Shown one piece after another: positions 19,372 to 28,171 of a stretch of 45,309 bases of DNA. Source of the stretch: an uncultured Clostridia bacterium (GTDB taxonomy: Bacteria > Bacillota > Clostridia > Oscillospirales > Ruminococcaceae); contig CANRIQ010000001.1 of the NCBI GenBank assembly GCA_947630655.1, positions 1 to 45,309 on the forward strand, in the 5' to 3' direction. The notes below the pieces were generated by a model that was given only the letters and a program-made list of their open reading frames with translations, ran no database searches and had not been told where the DNA came from. The number at the start of each line of letters is the position of its first letter. Positions within the stretch are counted from its first letter, which is position 1. The position numbers and the translations under genes are program-made.

Positions 19372-21408
19372 ATGGCGCAGATTCCGCAGATTAACAACCC
19401 CATAACCTCAAAAAACTATAACTACAGTCCCCGTCAGCAGGACGCCAACACCGAGCCGTTCGACATTGTAAAGCTGACCGGCGTGGGCGGCGCGGGCGTA
19501 AATTCCGATTCCGCCGCGAAAAGCCGTCTTGAAATGGGCAACCGCGAGCTTATTCCCATGCAGGTGCAGGTCGCAAAGGATCCCACTCTTGCCGTCGAGA
19601 TGCTCAAGGACCTTTTAAATGTCGAGGTCTTAAATCAAGCCCTCATTACCGGTCACACCGACCTTTACGGCAGTCTGGAAAATCTTGCCAAAGAGCTTTA
19701 CGTCACCCCCGAACAGCTTGTTCAGGAAATAATCAACCAGGAACAGCAGAACACCATGTTCTCGGGACACGAGTTTTACGACGTTCTCCGCGAGGTAGCC
19801 CAGACCACCACCGACCCCAACACCAAGGAGCTTATCGGAAATCTTCTGAAGTCCATAAACTTCGCCCAGAACAGAAACGAAATTCTCGGCGCGCTTCGTG
19901 CGAACCTGAAGTTCTTGTCGGAGTACTACTCTCCGAACGAAAAGCTCTCCGAAAAGCTTCTCAATCTCTCCAAAGAGTGGGGAGCGGACGACGCGGAGAA
20001 TTATTTCGACTACTTAAAGGGCGAAACTCTCGCAATACTGAAGGATGTCAGCGGAAGCCTTCTGAACGACGACAAGACCCAGATGCTTATACCCCTTATC
20101 ACGCACAATCTTTCGCGCTATAACAACAGCCCGTATATGTGCAAGGAGTATTTTAACCTGCTTCTCACCCAGATTTCCTCGGGAACGCTTCGCGAGTCGC
20201 TTAAAAACTCGTTCAGCCGTTTGTATTCCGCGCTGTTTGACAAGAAACCGATGCAAAATCCTCAAACCATGGAAAGCGTCGGGGCGATGTCGGACGGTGA
20301 AGAAACAGAAAGCCAAGTCTACACTAATAATTATACTACAAACGGCTCACAAAATCAACCACTTTCGCCCACTTCAGAGCAGAAAAATTCGGAATTTGGC
20401 ATAAATAATGATGAAATTCAGCAAAATATTAAAAATTCACAAGAGAATTTTGGTGAAAATGTAGATGATATTAGCTCTGAAAATTCGGAAAATGTTTCAG
20501 ACGGGGAAGAATTTGAACAAGAATTGTCGGGTTGGCACAAAAATCTGAACGAAATGATGTCCGACCGAGGGTATATGCAGCAGCTTAAAGCTACGGGCTA
20601 CAACCTCGAGCAGACGCTTTCGGCGTATACCCGCGGGCGGCTTGGCGGACTTGACGCGTTAAAACAGCTTTCCGAGGGGCTTTTCCTTGACGACAGCGAA
20701 AGCGCGCAGGCTATGCTTGCCGATCTTTCCAAAGTCAACACCATGCAGGAGCTTATTGACAACTTAAACACCATGCTCCGCGATATGCCCGATATTCCGC
20801 TTCGCGAGAGGCTTTACGGCGTTTTTGTGGACATAATTGAGAAAATGTCTGTCAAAAACGAGCTTCCCCAGCACGGAATTCGTCCTCCGGTAAGCTCGAC
20901 TTTGGACAGTCTTACCGATTTTATCGAGAAAAATATCAACAACCCCGCGCTTAAATCGCTTGACAGCTTTAATGCGGCAAATCTCCTGCAAAGCCTGCTT
21001 AACGCGCCGGGAGTTTTCACGCCGCTTGCGCACTATATTTTACCGCTTGAGGTGGGCGATACAAGGGCTTTCGGAGAGCTTTGGGTGGACAACGACGAAA
21101 ACAACCCCAACAACACCCCCGAGACCCAGCGCAACTATCATCTGTTCTTAACGTTTGATGTCGAGAGCATCGGGCGGTTTGAGGTGGATATGTACGCTTT
21201 GGGCGACGAGGTTAATATCGCCCTGCTTTACCCGCCGAAGTTTGATAAGGAAATAGAACCCATGAAGGAGCGGGTTACCAAAATTATCCGAAACAGCGGC
21301 TATCAGGCGAGAACGTTTGAGACTGCGCCGCTTAAAAAGCCGCATAATCTTGTGGAGATTTTCCCGAAGATAACGGAAAAACGGACCACTTTGAATACCA
21401 GAGTTTAA
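19372..21408 (+). CDS. FliK/YlqG-like hook-length control protein
   Basis: C-terminal FliK-like fold pattern (ELWVD...HLFLTFDVESIGRFEVDM...VNIAL), low-complexity middle region, directly upstream of a FlhB-C-like gene. GGAGG SD. Confidence 0.55.
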   Translation: MAQIPQINNPITSKNYNYSPRQQDANTEPFDIVKLTGVGGAGVNSDSAAKSRLEMGNRELIPMQVQVAKDPTLAVEMLKDLLNVEVLNQALITGHTDLYGSLENLAKELYVTPEQLVQEIINQEQQNTMFSGHEFYDVLREVAQTTTDPNTKELIGNLLKSINFAQNRNEILGALRANLKFLSEYYSPNEKLSEKLLNLSKEWGADDAENYFDYLKGETLAILKDVSGSLLNDDKTQMLIPLITHNLSRYNNSPYMCKEYFNLLLTQISSGTLRESLKNSFSRLYSALFDKKPMQNPQTMESVGAMSDGEETESQVYTNNYTTNGSQNQPLSPTSEQKNSEFGINNDEIQQNIKNSQENFGENVDDISSENSENVSDGEEFEQELSGWHKNLNEMMSDRGYMQQLKATGYNLEQTLSAYTRGRLGGLDALKQLSEGLFLDDSESAQAMLADLSKVNTMQELIDNLNTMLRDMPDIPLRERLYGVFVDIIEKMSVKNELPQHGIRPPVSSTLDSLTDFIEKNINNPALKSLDSFNAANLLQSLLNAPGVFTPLAHYILPLEVGDTRAFGELWVDNDENNPNNTPETQRNYHLFLTFDVESIGRFEVDMYALGDEVNIALLYPPKFDKEIEPMKERVTKIIRNSGYQARTFETAPLKKPHNLVEIFPKITEKRTTLNTRV

Positions 21409-21420
21409 GGAGAGATAATT

Positions 21421-21732
21421 ATGCCGAAACAACAGCACCCCATGTCCCCCGCGAATAACAAGCGGCTTTACGGGCAGAATGCCGCTGTCGCGCTGAAATA
21501 CAACCCCGATTTAAACTACGCGCCCGTGGTGGTGGCGTCGGGTCTCGGAGAGCTTGCCCAGAGAATAGTAAACATTGCCGACGAGGCGGGAGTCCCCATT
21601 TACCGCGACGACAGCGTGGCGGCTCTGCTTGTAATGCTTAACGCGGGCGAAACTATCCCGAAGGAGCTTTACCAGATAGTTGCGGCGATCTATGCGGAAG
21701 TGGTGTACACATCTAATAAAATGCGTAAATAA
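21421..21732 (+). CDS. FlhB C-terminal-like protein (EscU/YscU/HrcU switch family, YlqH/FlhX type)
   Basis: AVALKY...APVVVASGLGELAQRIV...GVPI...IPKELYQIVAAI. Confidence 0.9.
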   Translation: MPKQQHPMSPANNKRLYGQNAAVALKYNPDLNYAPVVVASGLGELAQRIVNIADEAGVPIYRDDSVAALLVMLNAGETIPKELYQIVAAIYAEVVYTSNKMRK

Positions 21733-21759
21733 TCCGCTTTTGCAGAGAGAAGGGTTTTT

Positions 21760-22275
21760 ATGAGCGCGAAATTCAGACAACAAAGCGAATATGCACAAAT
21801 CTTTGTAATTGTGGGGTGTTTAGGGATTGTACCCGTGATGTTTGTCGGCGAGACCATAAGCGACGGCGGCTCAAAAGCGGGAGCGGTTTTGCTTTTGCTC
21901 GGTTATTTTGTGGTTTTTTTGGGAATAAGCCTGCTTTTGTACTATCTGCCTGCAAAATTCACGGCGGATGAAAAATCCGTTGTGTTCAGCATTCTCGGGA
22001 TTAAAAAGCGCATTTTGTATTCGTCAATTTTGGAAATTAAGGTAACGCGCGAGTTTATCAAAGGCTACAGGGGCAGCGGGGGGCATTATGACGAGGTTAT
22101 AACCTTTGTCTTACGCGAAGACGACGATTTTACCTGCCGTCGGACAATAAAGGTGGATTTTGACAAGCTCGCCGACGATCCCGAAACGCTCTCGGAAACC
22201 TTTTCCGACGGGATTTTTCTGAAGCTGAAGGAATATATTGACAACCTGCTTGACAAAACAGAAAAAATGTGCTAA
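21760..22275 (+). CDS. Hypothetical membrane protein (two TM helices plus PH-like domain)
   Basis: Two hydrophobic stretches followed by KKRILYSSILEI. Confidence 0.65.
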   Translation: MSAKFRQQSEYAQIFVIVGCLGIVPVMFVGETISDGGSKAGAVLLLLGYFVVFLGISLLLYYLPAKFTADEKSVVFSILGIKKRILYSSILEIKVTREFIKGYRGSGGHYDEVITFVLREDDDFTCRRTIKVDFDKLADDPETLSETFSDGIFLKLKEYIDNLLDKTEKMC

Positions 22276-22278
22276 AAT
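22250..22278 (+). promoter_or_regulatory. Sigma-A promoter of queT
   Basis: TTGACA-17 nt-TAAAAT with extended -10 TG. Confidence 0.85.
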
Positions 22279-22319
22279 GATAATGCTTTGACAATATGCT
22301 TTGTCAAAAAAAATTTAAT

Positions 22320-22359
22320 ACGGTGTTTTCTTTGCTAACCACCGTTAAAAAACAAGGAG
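22320..22359 (+). ncRNA. preQ1 class I riboswitch (translational)
   Basis: P1 ACGGTG/CACCGT, loop TTTTCTTTGCTAAC, A-rich tail TAAAAAACAAGGAG. Loop CUUUG can pair with CAAGG overlapping the SD. Upstream of queT. Confidence 0.85.
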
Positions 22360-22366
22360 TATTTTT

Positions 22367-22900
22367 ATGCGCAAAAATGGGAAAAGTGAGATTTTCAACA
22401 CCCCGAACCTTGTAAGGCTCGCTCTTGTCGCGGCGATTTATGCCGTGATGACCGTGCTTATCGCGCCGATAGGCTACGGACCTATTCAGTGCCGAATTTC
22501 GGAAATTCTGGTGCTGCTGTGTTTCTACCGCAAAGATTACAGCGTCTCTATGATTTTGGGCTGTTTTATCGCAAATTTGTTCAGTCCGTCCGGCTTGTAC
22601 GACATCATCTTCGGAACGCTTGCGACGGCGGTTGCGGTAATCCCGATGTATTATGTGAAAAATATCTGCCTAGCGTCGCTTCTGCCTGTTTTAAGCAACG
22701 GCGTTATAGTCGGCATAGAGCTTTTCCTCTGCGGAGAGCCGCTGTGGTTTTCGATAGGGTCGGTCGCGCTTTGCGAGTTTATCGTAGTTTCGGTCGTGGG
22801 GCTGCTGTTTTTCAAGTTTGCGGTCGAGCGCACGCCTTTACTTAAAATAGTCGGTTCAACCAAGGAAATAAAGTGCAAGACCCCTAAAGAAACGGTTTAA
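22367..22900 (+). CDS. queT: QueT family queuosine precursor transporter (ECF S-component)
   Basis: ALVAAIYAVMT...PIGYGPIQCRISE...GCFIANLFS...DIIFGTLAT; preQ1 riboswitch upstream. Confidence 0.92.
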   Translation: MRKNGKSEIFNTPNLVRLALVAAIYAVMTVLIAPIGYGPIQCRISEILVLLCFYRKDYSVSMILGCFIANLFSPSGLYDIIFGTLATAVAVIPMYYVKNICLASLLPVLSNGVIVGIELFLCGEPLWFSIGSVALCEFIVVSVVGLLFFKFAVERTPLLKIVGSTKEIKCKTPKETV

Positions 22901-22905
22901 CAAAC

Positions 22906-22938
22906 AAAAAAATCTCCCCGAATATTCGGGGAGCATTT
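22906..22938. terminator. Terminator between convergent queT and the hydrogenase-MCP gene
   Basis: Perfect palindrome CTCCCCGAATATTCGGGGAG (22914-22933) with an A-tract on the left. Confidence 0.8.
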
Positions 22939-22948
22939 ATTATGTTCA

Positions 22949-24877
22949 TTATGTATTCACAAGCATATTTTCCGCCTTTGCCACCAGTCCGTCCACATGG
23001 CGGTTAATATCGGACACCTCCGTCATCGCGGAGTTTATGCTGTTTCCTTTGTCCAGCGTTACCGAAATATTGTCGCGGACCTCGTTCATCATTTCCTCAA
23101 TTCTTTCCATATTCTTGTTGATTTTGGAAACGATGTCGTTTACCTGCTTTATATCGGTAAAAACAAGCTCGTTGCTCTTCTGCGCCTCGGCGACAGCCTC
23201 CTGCGAGTGCCCCGCAAGCTTTCCGACCTCCTCGGCAACCACCGCGAAGCCCCGTCCTGCTTGTCCCGCGCGCGCCGCCTCAATCGACGCGTTTATCGAC
23301 AGAATATTTATCTGCCGCGCAATATCGCTTATGTTCCCCGTAATATCCGAAAACCCCGACACGCTGCTGTTTATCGACTTCATGGCGGCGTTTATGTTCT
23401 CGCTCTGAACGCGAAGCTCTCCGAGTATCTCGGACAAGCTCATAACCTGGCTGTGGTTTGTGTTGTTAAGCTGAGAAATATCCCCGACAGCCTCCTTTAC
23501 CTCGCCGATATTCTCGGTAAGCTGCGAAACTACCTGATTTAGCTCGTTTGTAACCTCGCCAATGGAAATATTTGTCTGCTCAATCTCCGAGCGGCGTATA
23601 TCCGCCTCTTTTTGCATATACTGCGCACAGCTTGTAATCGCCGAAACGCCCTTTATAATCGCCTCCGCCATTTTTCGGCAGGTCGGGAAGCCGCAGGAGT
23701 GGCAGTTGTAGTTGCGCTCGGTTTCGGTGTGCTTGCCCATTTGGGTGAGCATTTCCTCTATTTCCTGCTCGGACACGCTTATTCTGTTTATCTGCTCGGG
23801 AGTATAATCCCTGACAAAATCATTAAGCTTAAGCTGCTTGTCAAACTGCAAAAACTGCTTATCGCGGTGCTTTCTGTCGAATTTCACGCGCTTTGTGCGG
23901 TTGTACTTTTCAATGCCGTTCATAATCCCGCTCATGCGGTAAATCGACATTTCCGTCCCGATAGCGGGACCGCTTCCGCAGCCTTTATCGCAGGACAGCA
24001 CATCAAACACATCGGGCAGATCCCGCTCATTTATCTCCGAGTACAAATCAAGGTTTTTGTAAACGGAATCCGTTCCCTCCGAGGTAATAACGTTTAATGT
24101 GGGACATTCAAGCTCCAGACACGCCTTAAGCCCTCCGGGACGCGGATAAATCGCTCCCATACTGCCCTGTATTCCCGAAAACTCGAAATTCGAGCGCGTT
24201 TTCCCAAGCGTTTTGAAGTCGGTGCCGTTTTGCCGCAAAAGCTCTCCAAGCCGCTCGAACGTAACATTATAATCGACAAGCCCCGTTTCGCGGAACTCGT
24301 CCATTTTTGCGATACACGGCGACAACGCCGCGATTTTCGCGCTCTCGCCGAGGTATTTTCTTAAATACACCGCCGTGCAGAGCATCGGAGAATGCACGGG
24401 CGACAGGTTTTTAAGCGCGGAATGGCAATATTTTCTGATATAATTCACAATCGCGGGGCAGGGCTGCGAGATAAGCTTCGCGCCGGGGTGCTGTTCGAGA
24501 TAGCGGACATGTCCCCAGGTGCATATATCCGCCCCGAAGGATACATCATATATCTTTTCAACTCCGTTCTTTTTAAGAATATCCAGAACGTTCCTCCAGC
24601 AGCCGTCAAACGACACCTTGACCGCGGGCGCGCAGATCGCAATGATTTTCTGCCCGCTTTTAAGGTCCTCCCAGAACCTTTCCGTATCGTCCTCATAGCT
24701 TCTTGCATTGTGGTTGCAGATTTTAACGCACGCGCCGCAGCGTATGCACTTATCGGGATTTATGTTGAACCGCACGTTGCCGTTTTCATCGTGTTCGACG
24801 GTGTTTGCCTCCATAGACGGGCAGACACGGATACAGTTGTTGCACGCAACGCATTTTGAACCGTCAAAGGTAATCAT
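22949..24877 (-). CDS. Soluble [FeFe]-hydrogenase-like sensor fused to a methyl-accepting chemotaxis signalling domain (group C2-type)
   Basis: 2x[4Fe-4S] (CVACNNC...CP; CIRCGAC...C); H-cluster-like motifs [26 protein letters not shown]; FeS domain CHSCGFPTC...C; MCP hairpin [33 protein letters not shown]. Confidence 0.88.
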   Translation of the reverse strand: MITFDGSKCVACNNCIRVCPSMEANTVEHDENGNVRFNINPDKCIRCGACVKICNHNARSYEDDTERFWEDLKSGQKIIAICAPAVKVSFDGCWRNVLDILKKNGVEKIYDVSFGADICTWGHVRYLEQHPGAKLISQPCPAIVNYIRKYCHSALKNLSPVHSPMLCTAVYLRKYLGESAKIAALSPCIAKMDEFRETGLVDYNVTFERLGELLRQNGTDFKTLGKTRSNFEFSGIQGSMGAIYPRPGGLKACLELECPTLNVITSEGTDSVYKNLDLYSEINERDLPDVFDVLSCDKGCGSGPAIGTEMSIYRMSGIMNGIEKYNRTKRVKFDRKHRDKQFLQFDKQLKLNDFVRDYTPEQINRISVSEQEIEEMLTQMGKHTETERNYNCHSCGFPTCRKMAEAIIKGVSAITSCAQYMQKEADIRRSEIEQTNISIGEVTNELNQVVSQLTENIGEVKEAVGDISQLNNTNHSQVMSLSEILGELRVQSENINAAMKSINSSVSGFSDITGNISDIARQINILSINASIEAARAGQAGRGFAVVAEEVGKLAGHSQEAVAEAQKSNELVFTDIKQVNDIVSKINKNMERIEEMMNEVRDNISVTLDKGNSINSAMTEVSDINRHVDGLVAKAENMLVNT

Positions 24878-24907
24878 CTGCGACCCTCCCGCCTTGCCGA
24901 ATTTGTT

Positions 24908-26512
24908 TTACTTCGCGTAGTCGACAATCCTGCTTTCGCGAATCATATTGACCTTAATCTGTCCGGGATATTCCATTTCGTCCTCAATGCGCTTTGCGAT
25001 ATCCCGAGCCAGAACCTTCATATCGTCGTCGTTTATCTGCTCGGGCTTTACCATAATACGCACCTCGCGCCCCGCCTGAATAGCAAAGGACTTGTCTACC
25101 CCGCTGTAGGAGTTGCAAATTTCCTCAAGCTTCTCAAGACGCTTGATATAGTTTTCATAGTTTTCGGAACGCGCCGCAGGTCTTGCCGCGGAAATTGCGT
25201 CCGCCGCCTGCACCAGACATGCGATTACGGTTCTGCACTCAACATCGCCGTGGTGAGCCTCGATAGCGTGAATTACCTCGGGGCTTTCCTTATATTTCCT
25301 GCACACGTCAACGCCGATCTGAACATGTGAGCCCTCTATCTCATGGTCTAGAGCCTTTCCTATATCGTGCAGCAGTCCCGCGCGTCTTGCCAGAGCCGCG
25401 TCAACGCCCAATTCGCTTGCCATAATCCCCGCCAGATGCGCCACTTCAATCGAGTGATTGAGAACGTTCTGACGGAACGAGGTTCTGTACTTAAGCCGCC
25501 CGATAAGCCGCACCAGCTCGTGATTAAGCCCGTTTACATTCGTTTCCATAACCGCGCGTTCGCCCTCCTGCTTTATGCGCAGTTCAACCTCTTTACGCGC
25601 CTTTTCAACGGTCTCTTCAATTCTCGCCGGGTGAATACGTCCGTCCTGAATAAGCCTTTCGAGAGCAATTCTTGCAATTTCTCTTCTTACATGATCAAAG
25701 CAGGACAGCGTGATAGCCTCGGGAGTATCATCGATGATAAGGTCAACGCCGGTAAGCGTTTCGAGAGCGCGGATATTGCGCCCCTCGCGCCCGATAATGC
25801 GCCCCTTCATCTCGTCGTTCGGAATAGCCACAACGGACACCGCCATCTCCGACACGGTATCTGCCGCCAGTCTCGCAATAGACAGCGATATGTATTCCTT
25901 TGCCTTTTCGTCGCACTCGTCCTTAAGCCTCTGCTCATATGCGGAGATCTTAACCGCCTTTTCGTGGTTAAGCTCGCTGTCAAGCATTTTCAGCAAGTGA
26001 TCCTTCGCCTGATCCTGTGTAAATCCCGAAATCCGCTCGAGAATTCCCATCTGATCGGCTTTAAGCTGTTCCGCCTCGGCGATTTTCTCATCAGCCTTTT
26101 TGTGCTTCTGGTGAAGCTGTTCTTCAAGCTTCTCCATTTTGTCGGTCTTGCGGTCGAGATTTTCCTCCTTCTGAGCCACTCTCCGCTCGGAACGCGAAAC
26201 CTCGCTTCTGCGCTCCTTAAGCTCCTTTTCGGCGTCGCTTTTCAGACGCTGAACGTCCTTTTCCGCCTCCGTCCGCATAGCGTAAATTTCGTCCTTAGCC
26301 TCCACGAGAGCAGCCTTTTTCATAGACTCCGCCTTCTCGACAGCCTCATCGATAATTCTTGCGGACTCCTTTTCCGCCGACTCAAACTGAGCCTCGGCGG
26401 ACTTGATACGATGCTTTACGCCCTGCTTAAAGCAGACGAAACCGCTTAACACCGCTCCCACGAGCAGAGCCGCGACTCCGATAAGCACAGCAACGTAAAA
26501 ATCGACTTCCAT
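24908..26512 (-). CDS. rny: Ribonuclease Y
   Basis: N-terminal TM helix, coiled coil, KH domain [16 protein letters not shown] domain [17 protein letters not shown]. Confidence 0.97.
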   Translation of the reverse strand: MEVDFYVAVLIGVAALLVGAVLSGFVCFKQGVKHRIKSAEAQFESAEKESARIIDEAVEKAESMKKAALVEAKDEIYAMRTEAEKDVQRLKSDAEKELKERRSEVSRSERRVAQKEENLDRKTDKMEKLEEQLHQKHKKADEKIAEAEQLKADQMGILERISGFTQDQAKDHLLKMLDSELNHEKAVKISAYEQRLKDECDEKAKEYISLSIARLAADTVSEMAVSVVAIPNDEMKGRIIGREGRNIRALETLTGVDLIIDDTPEAITLSCFDHVRREIARIALERLIQDGRIHPARIEETVEKARKEVELRIKQEGERAVMETNVNGLNHELVRLIGRLKYRTSFRQNVLNHSIEVAHLAGIMASELGVDAALARRAGLLHDIGKALDHEIEGSHVQIGVDVCRKYKESPEVIHAIEAHHGDVECRTVIACLVQAADAISAARPAARSENYENYIKRLEKLEEICNSYSGVDKSFAIQAGREVRIMVKPEQINDDDMKVLARDIAKRIEDEMEYPGQIKVNMIRESRIVDYAK

Positions 26513-26830
26513 TGTCGTTTCCCCCTCCTTATTTAATATCCGCGCTGCGAGAACAGGGAAATTCGGCGCGAATGTAAGATAATTCGGCGGGAATAATATA
26601 CAATTTTCAGACGACGGCGCAAAAGCCGTCAGATACCCCCCATTGCGGTTCTTTGTTTTGTATACCGAAGCGAGCCTATATATCGGGAAATTCGCCCAAG
26701 GCAGAACCCTTTTGTCGCGCAGAGAGGGCGCGGGAGCGGCAGGCTGTCGGTTTAAAAGCGCGTCGCGCTTGCAAAAAAAGGAATTGAATTTAAGGATTTC
26801 TCCGTAAATCGTACATTATACCGCCATAAC

Positions 26831-26928
26831 GTTATATAAATAACAATCATAAACGTCAAAGCCTTTTCAATATAACCCGTTCAAAAAGACCTTATTTATA
26901 TTTTACAACAATTTTACTAAATTGTCAA
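26831..26928 (-). promoter_or_regulatory. Two tandem sigma-A promoters upstream of rny
   Basis: TTGACA-17-TAAAAT (26928-26900) and TTGACG-17-TATAAC (26859-26831). Confidence 0.7.
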
Positions 26929-27053
26929 GTAAAATACACATTTTATTTTGTAGGTTTCAATACTTTTTTCCGTGTAAAGCTGAAAACAGCCGTTTTTGTC
27001 AAATTCAGGAAATTATTTTTTGAACGAATATCTTGCAAATCGGATAAAAACAG

Positions 27054-27082
27054 TTGATTTTTCTGAAAAAATATGTTAAAAT
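27054..27082 (+). promoter_or_regulatory. Sigma-A promoter of moxR
   Basis: TTGATT-17 nt-TAAAAT with extended -10 TG. Confidence 0.7.
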
Positions 27083-27100
27083 ATTTATGTATAATTCTTT

Positions 27101-27141
27101 CAGGCTGTCGATAAAGCCCCATCTGCTTTGTCAACAGCCTG
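27101..27141. repeat. Inverted repeat with 17-bp arms in the moxR leader, resembling joined IS ends
   Basis: CAGGCTGTCGATAAAGC-CCCATCT-GCTTTGTCAACAGCCTG (2 mismatches). Confidence 0.75.
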
Positions 27142-27213
27142 TAACGGAGTTTTTATACAAAAAATCGGGATATTATGTATAATAATCTTAATCATACGAA
27201 AGGCTTTCAAACT

Positions 27214-28167
27214 ATGTCAGACAGATTTGCCAACCAATATCTTATGGGAGAGCTTGCCAAAGAGATCTCAAAGGTCATAAAGGGCAAGGACGAGGCTTTG
27301 CTTATCGTGCTTACGGGGCTGCTCGCGCGCGGACACGTTCTTATAGAGGACGTTCCCGGGGTCGGAAAAACCACGCTTGCCATGGCTATCGGCAGGGCGT
27401 CGGGAATGAAGTTCCGCAGGGCGCAGTTTACTCCCGATGTTATGGCGTCCGATATTACGGGATTTACTATATATAATAAGGAAGAAGGTCTGTTTGAGTA
27501 CCGCGAGGGAATGGTTATGACAAACCTTCTGCTTGCGGACGAGATAAACCGTACCTCCCCGAAAACGCAGTCGGCATTGCTGGAGGCGATGGAGGAAAAA
27601 CGCGTTACGGTGGACGGCGAGGTTCACGAGCTGCCCGAGCCGTTTATGGTTATCGCAACGCAGAATTCACAGGGCTATGTCGGGACGTTTCCGCTGCCCG
27701 AGGCGCAGCTTGACCGTTTTATGATGCGGCTGAGCATGGGTTATCCCACGATCGCCGACGAGGCAAAAATTATGATGGACAGGCTTACGGACAACCCCGT
27801 AGACCATGTGAAAAACGTTATGACGCTTGAACAGCTTTGCGACTGCATTGACGACGTAAATTACATCAATTTTGCGGACAGCCTTTGCAGGTATGTGGCG
27901 GAGCTTTCGGCGGCTACGAGAAACCACCCCGCAGTGGCTCTGGGAGTGTCGCCCCGCGCTTCGGTCGCGATTATGCAGGCTTCAAGGGCGTTTGCGTATC
28001 TTCTGGGGCGGGAGTATGTCACGCCCGAGGACATTGTGCGGCTTTTGATACCTGTTTTCGAGCACAGGATAATTCTCCGCCAGGAAACAAGGCTCAGCAA
28101 GAAAACGGTGCGTTCGGTGCTGGAGGACGTGGTGTCCTCGGTGACTCCGCCGGTAAAACGGAGCTGA
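27214..28167 (+). CDS. moxR: MoxR-family AAA+ ATPase
   Basis: GHVLIEDVPGVGKT, QFTPD, LADEINRTSPKTQSALLEAMEE, LPEAQLDRF. ATG 27214 follows GAAAGG; alternative start 27175. Confidence 0.93.
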   Translation: MSDRFANQYLMGELAKEISKVIKGKDEALLIVLTGLLARGHVLIEDVPGVGKTTLAMAIGRASGMKFRRAQFTPDVMASDITGFTIYNKEEGLFEYREGMVMTNLLLADEINRTSPKTQSALLEAMEEKRVTVDGEVHELPEPFMVIATQNSQGYVGTFPLPEAQLDRFMMRLSMGYPTIADEAKIMMDRLTDNPVDHVKNVMTLEQLCDCIDDVNYINFADSLCRYVAELSAATRNHPAVALGVSPRASVAIMQASRAFAYLLGREYVTPEDIVRLLIPVFEHRIILRQETRLSKKTVRSVLEDVVSSVTPPVKRS

Positions 28168-28171
28168 TTTT

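Noticed and set aside
20320-20520. AT-rich patch as a second origin or GC-skew switch point
   Set aside because: It lies in an open frame and has no box cluster; skew cannot be computed reliably by eye, and a clear unwinding element exists at 12221-12276
25367-26449. Long antisense ORFs (360 aa opposite rny; also 3240-4061, 5204-6043, 7553-8302, 28241-29080, 43175-43918)
   Set aside because: Shadow frames of well-conserved genes, with no recognisable domains
26513-26830. tRNA, 6S, SRP or tmRNA in the rny upstream region
   Set aside because: No cloverleaf, T-loop or other signature motif was recognised; kept only as a putative leader
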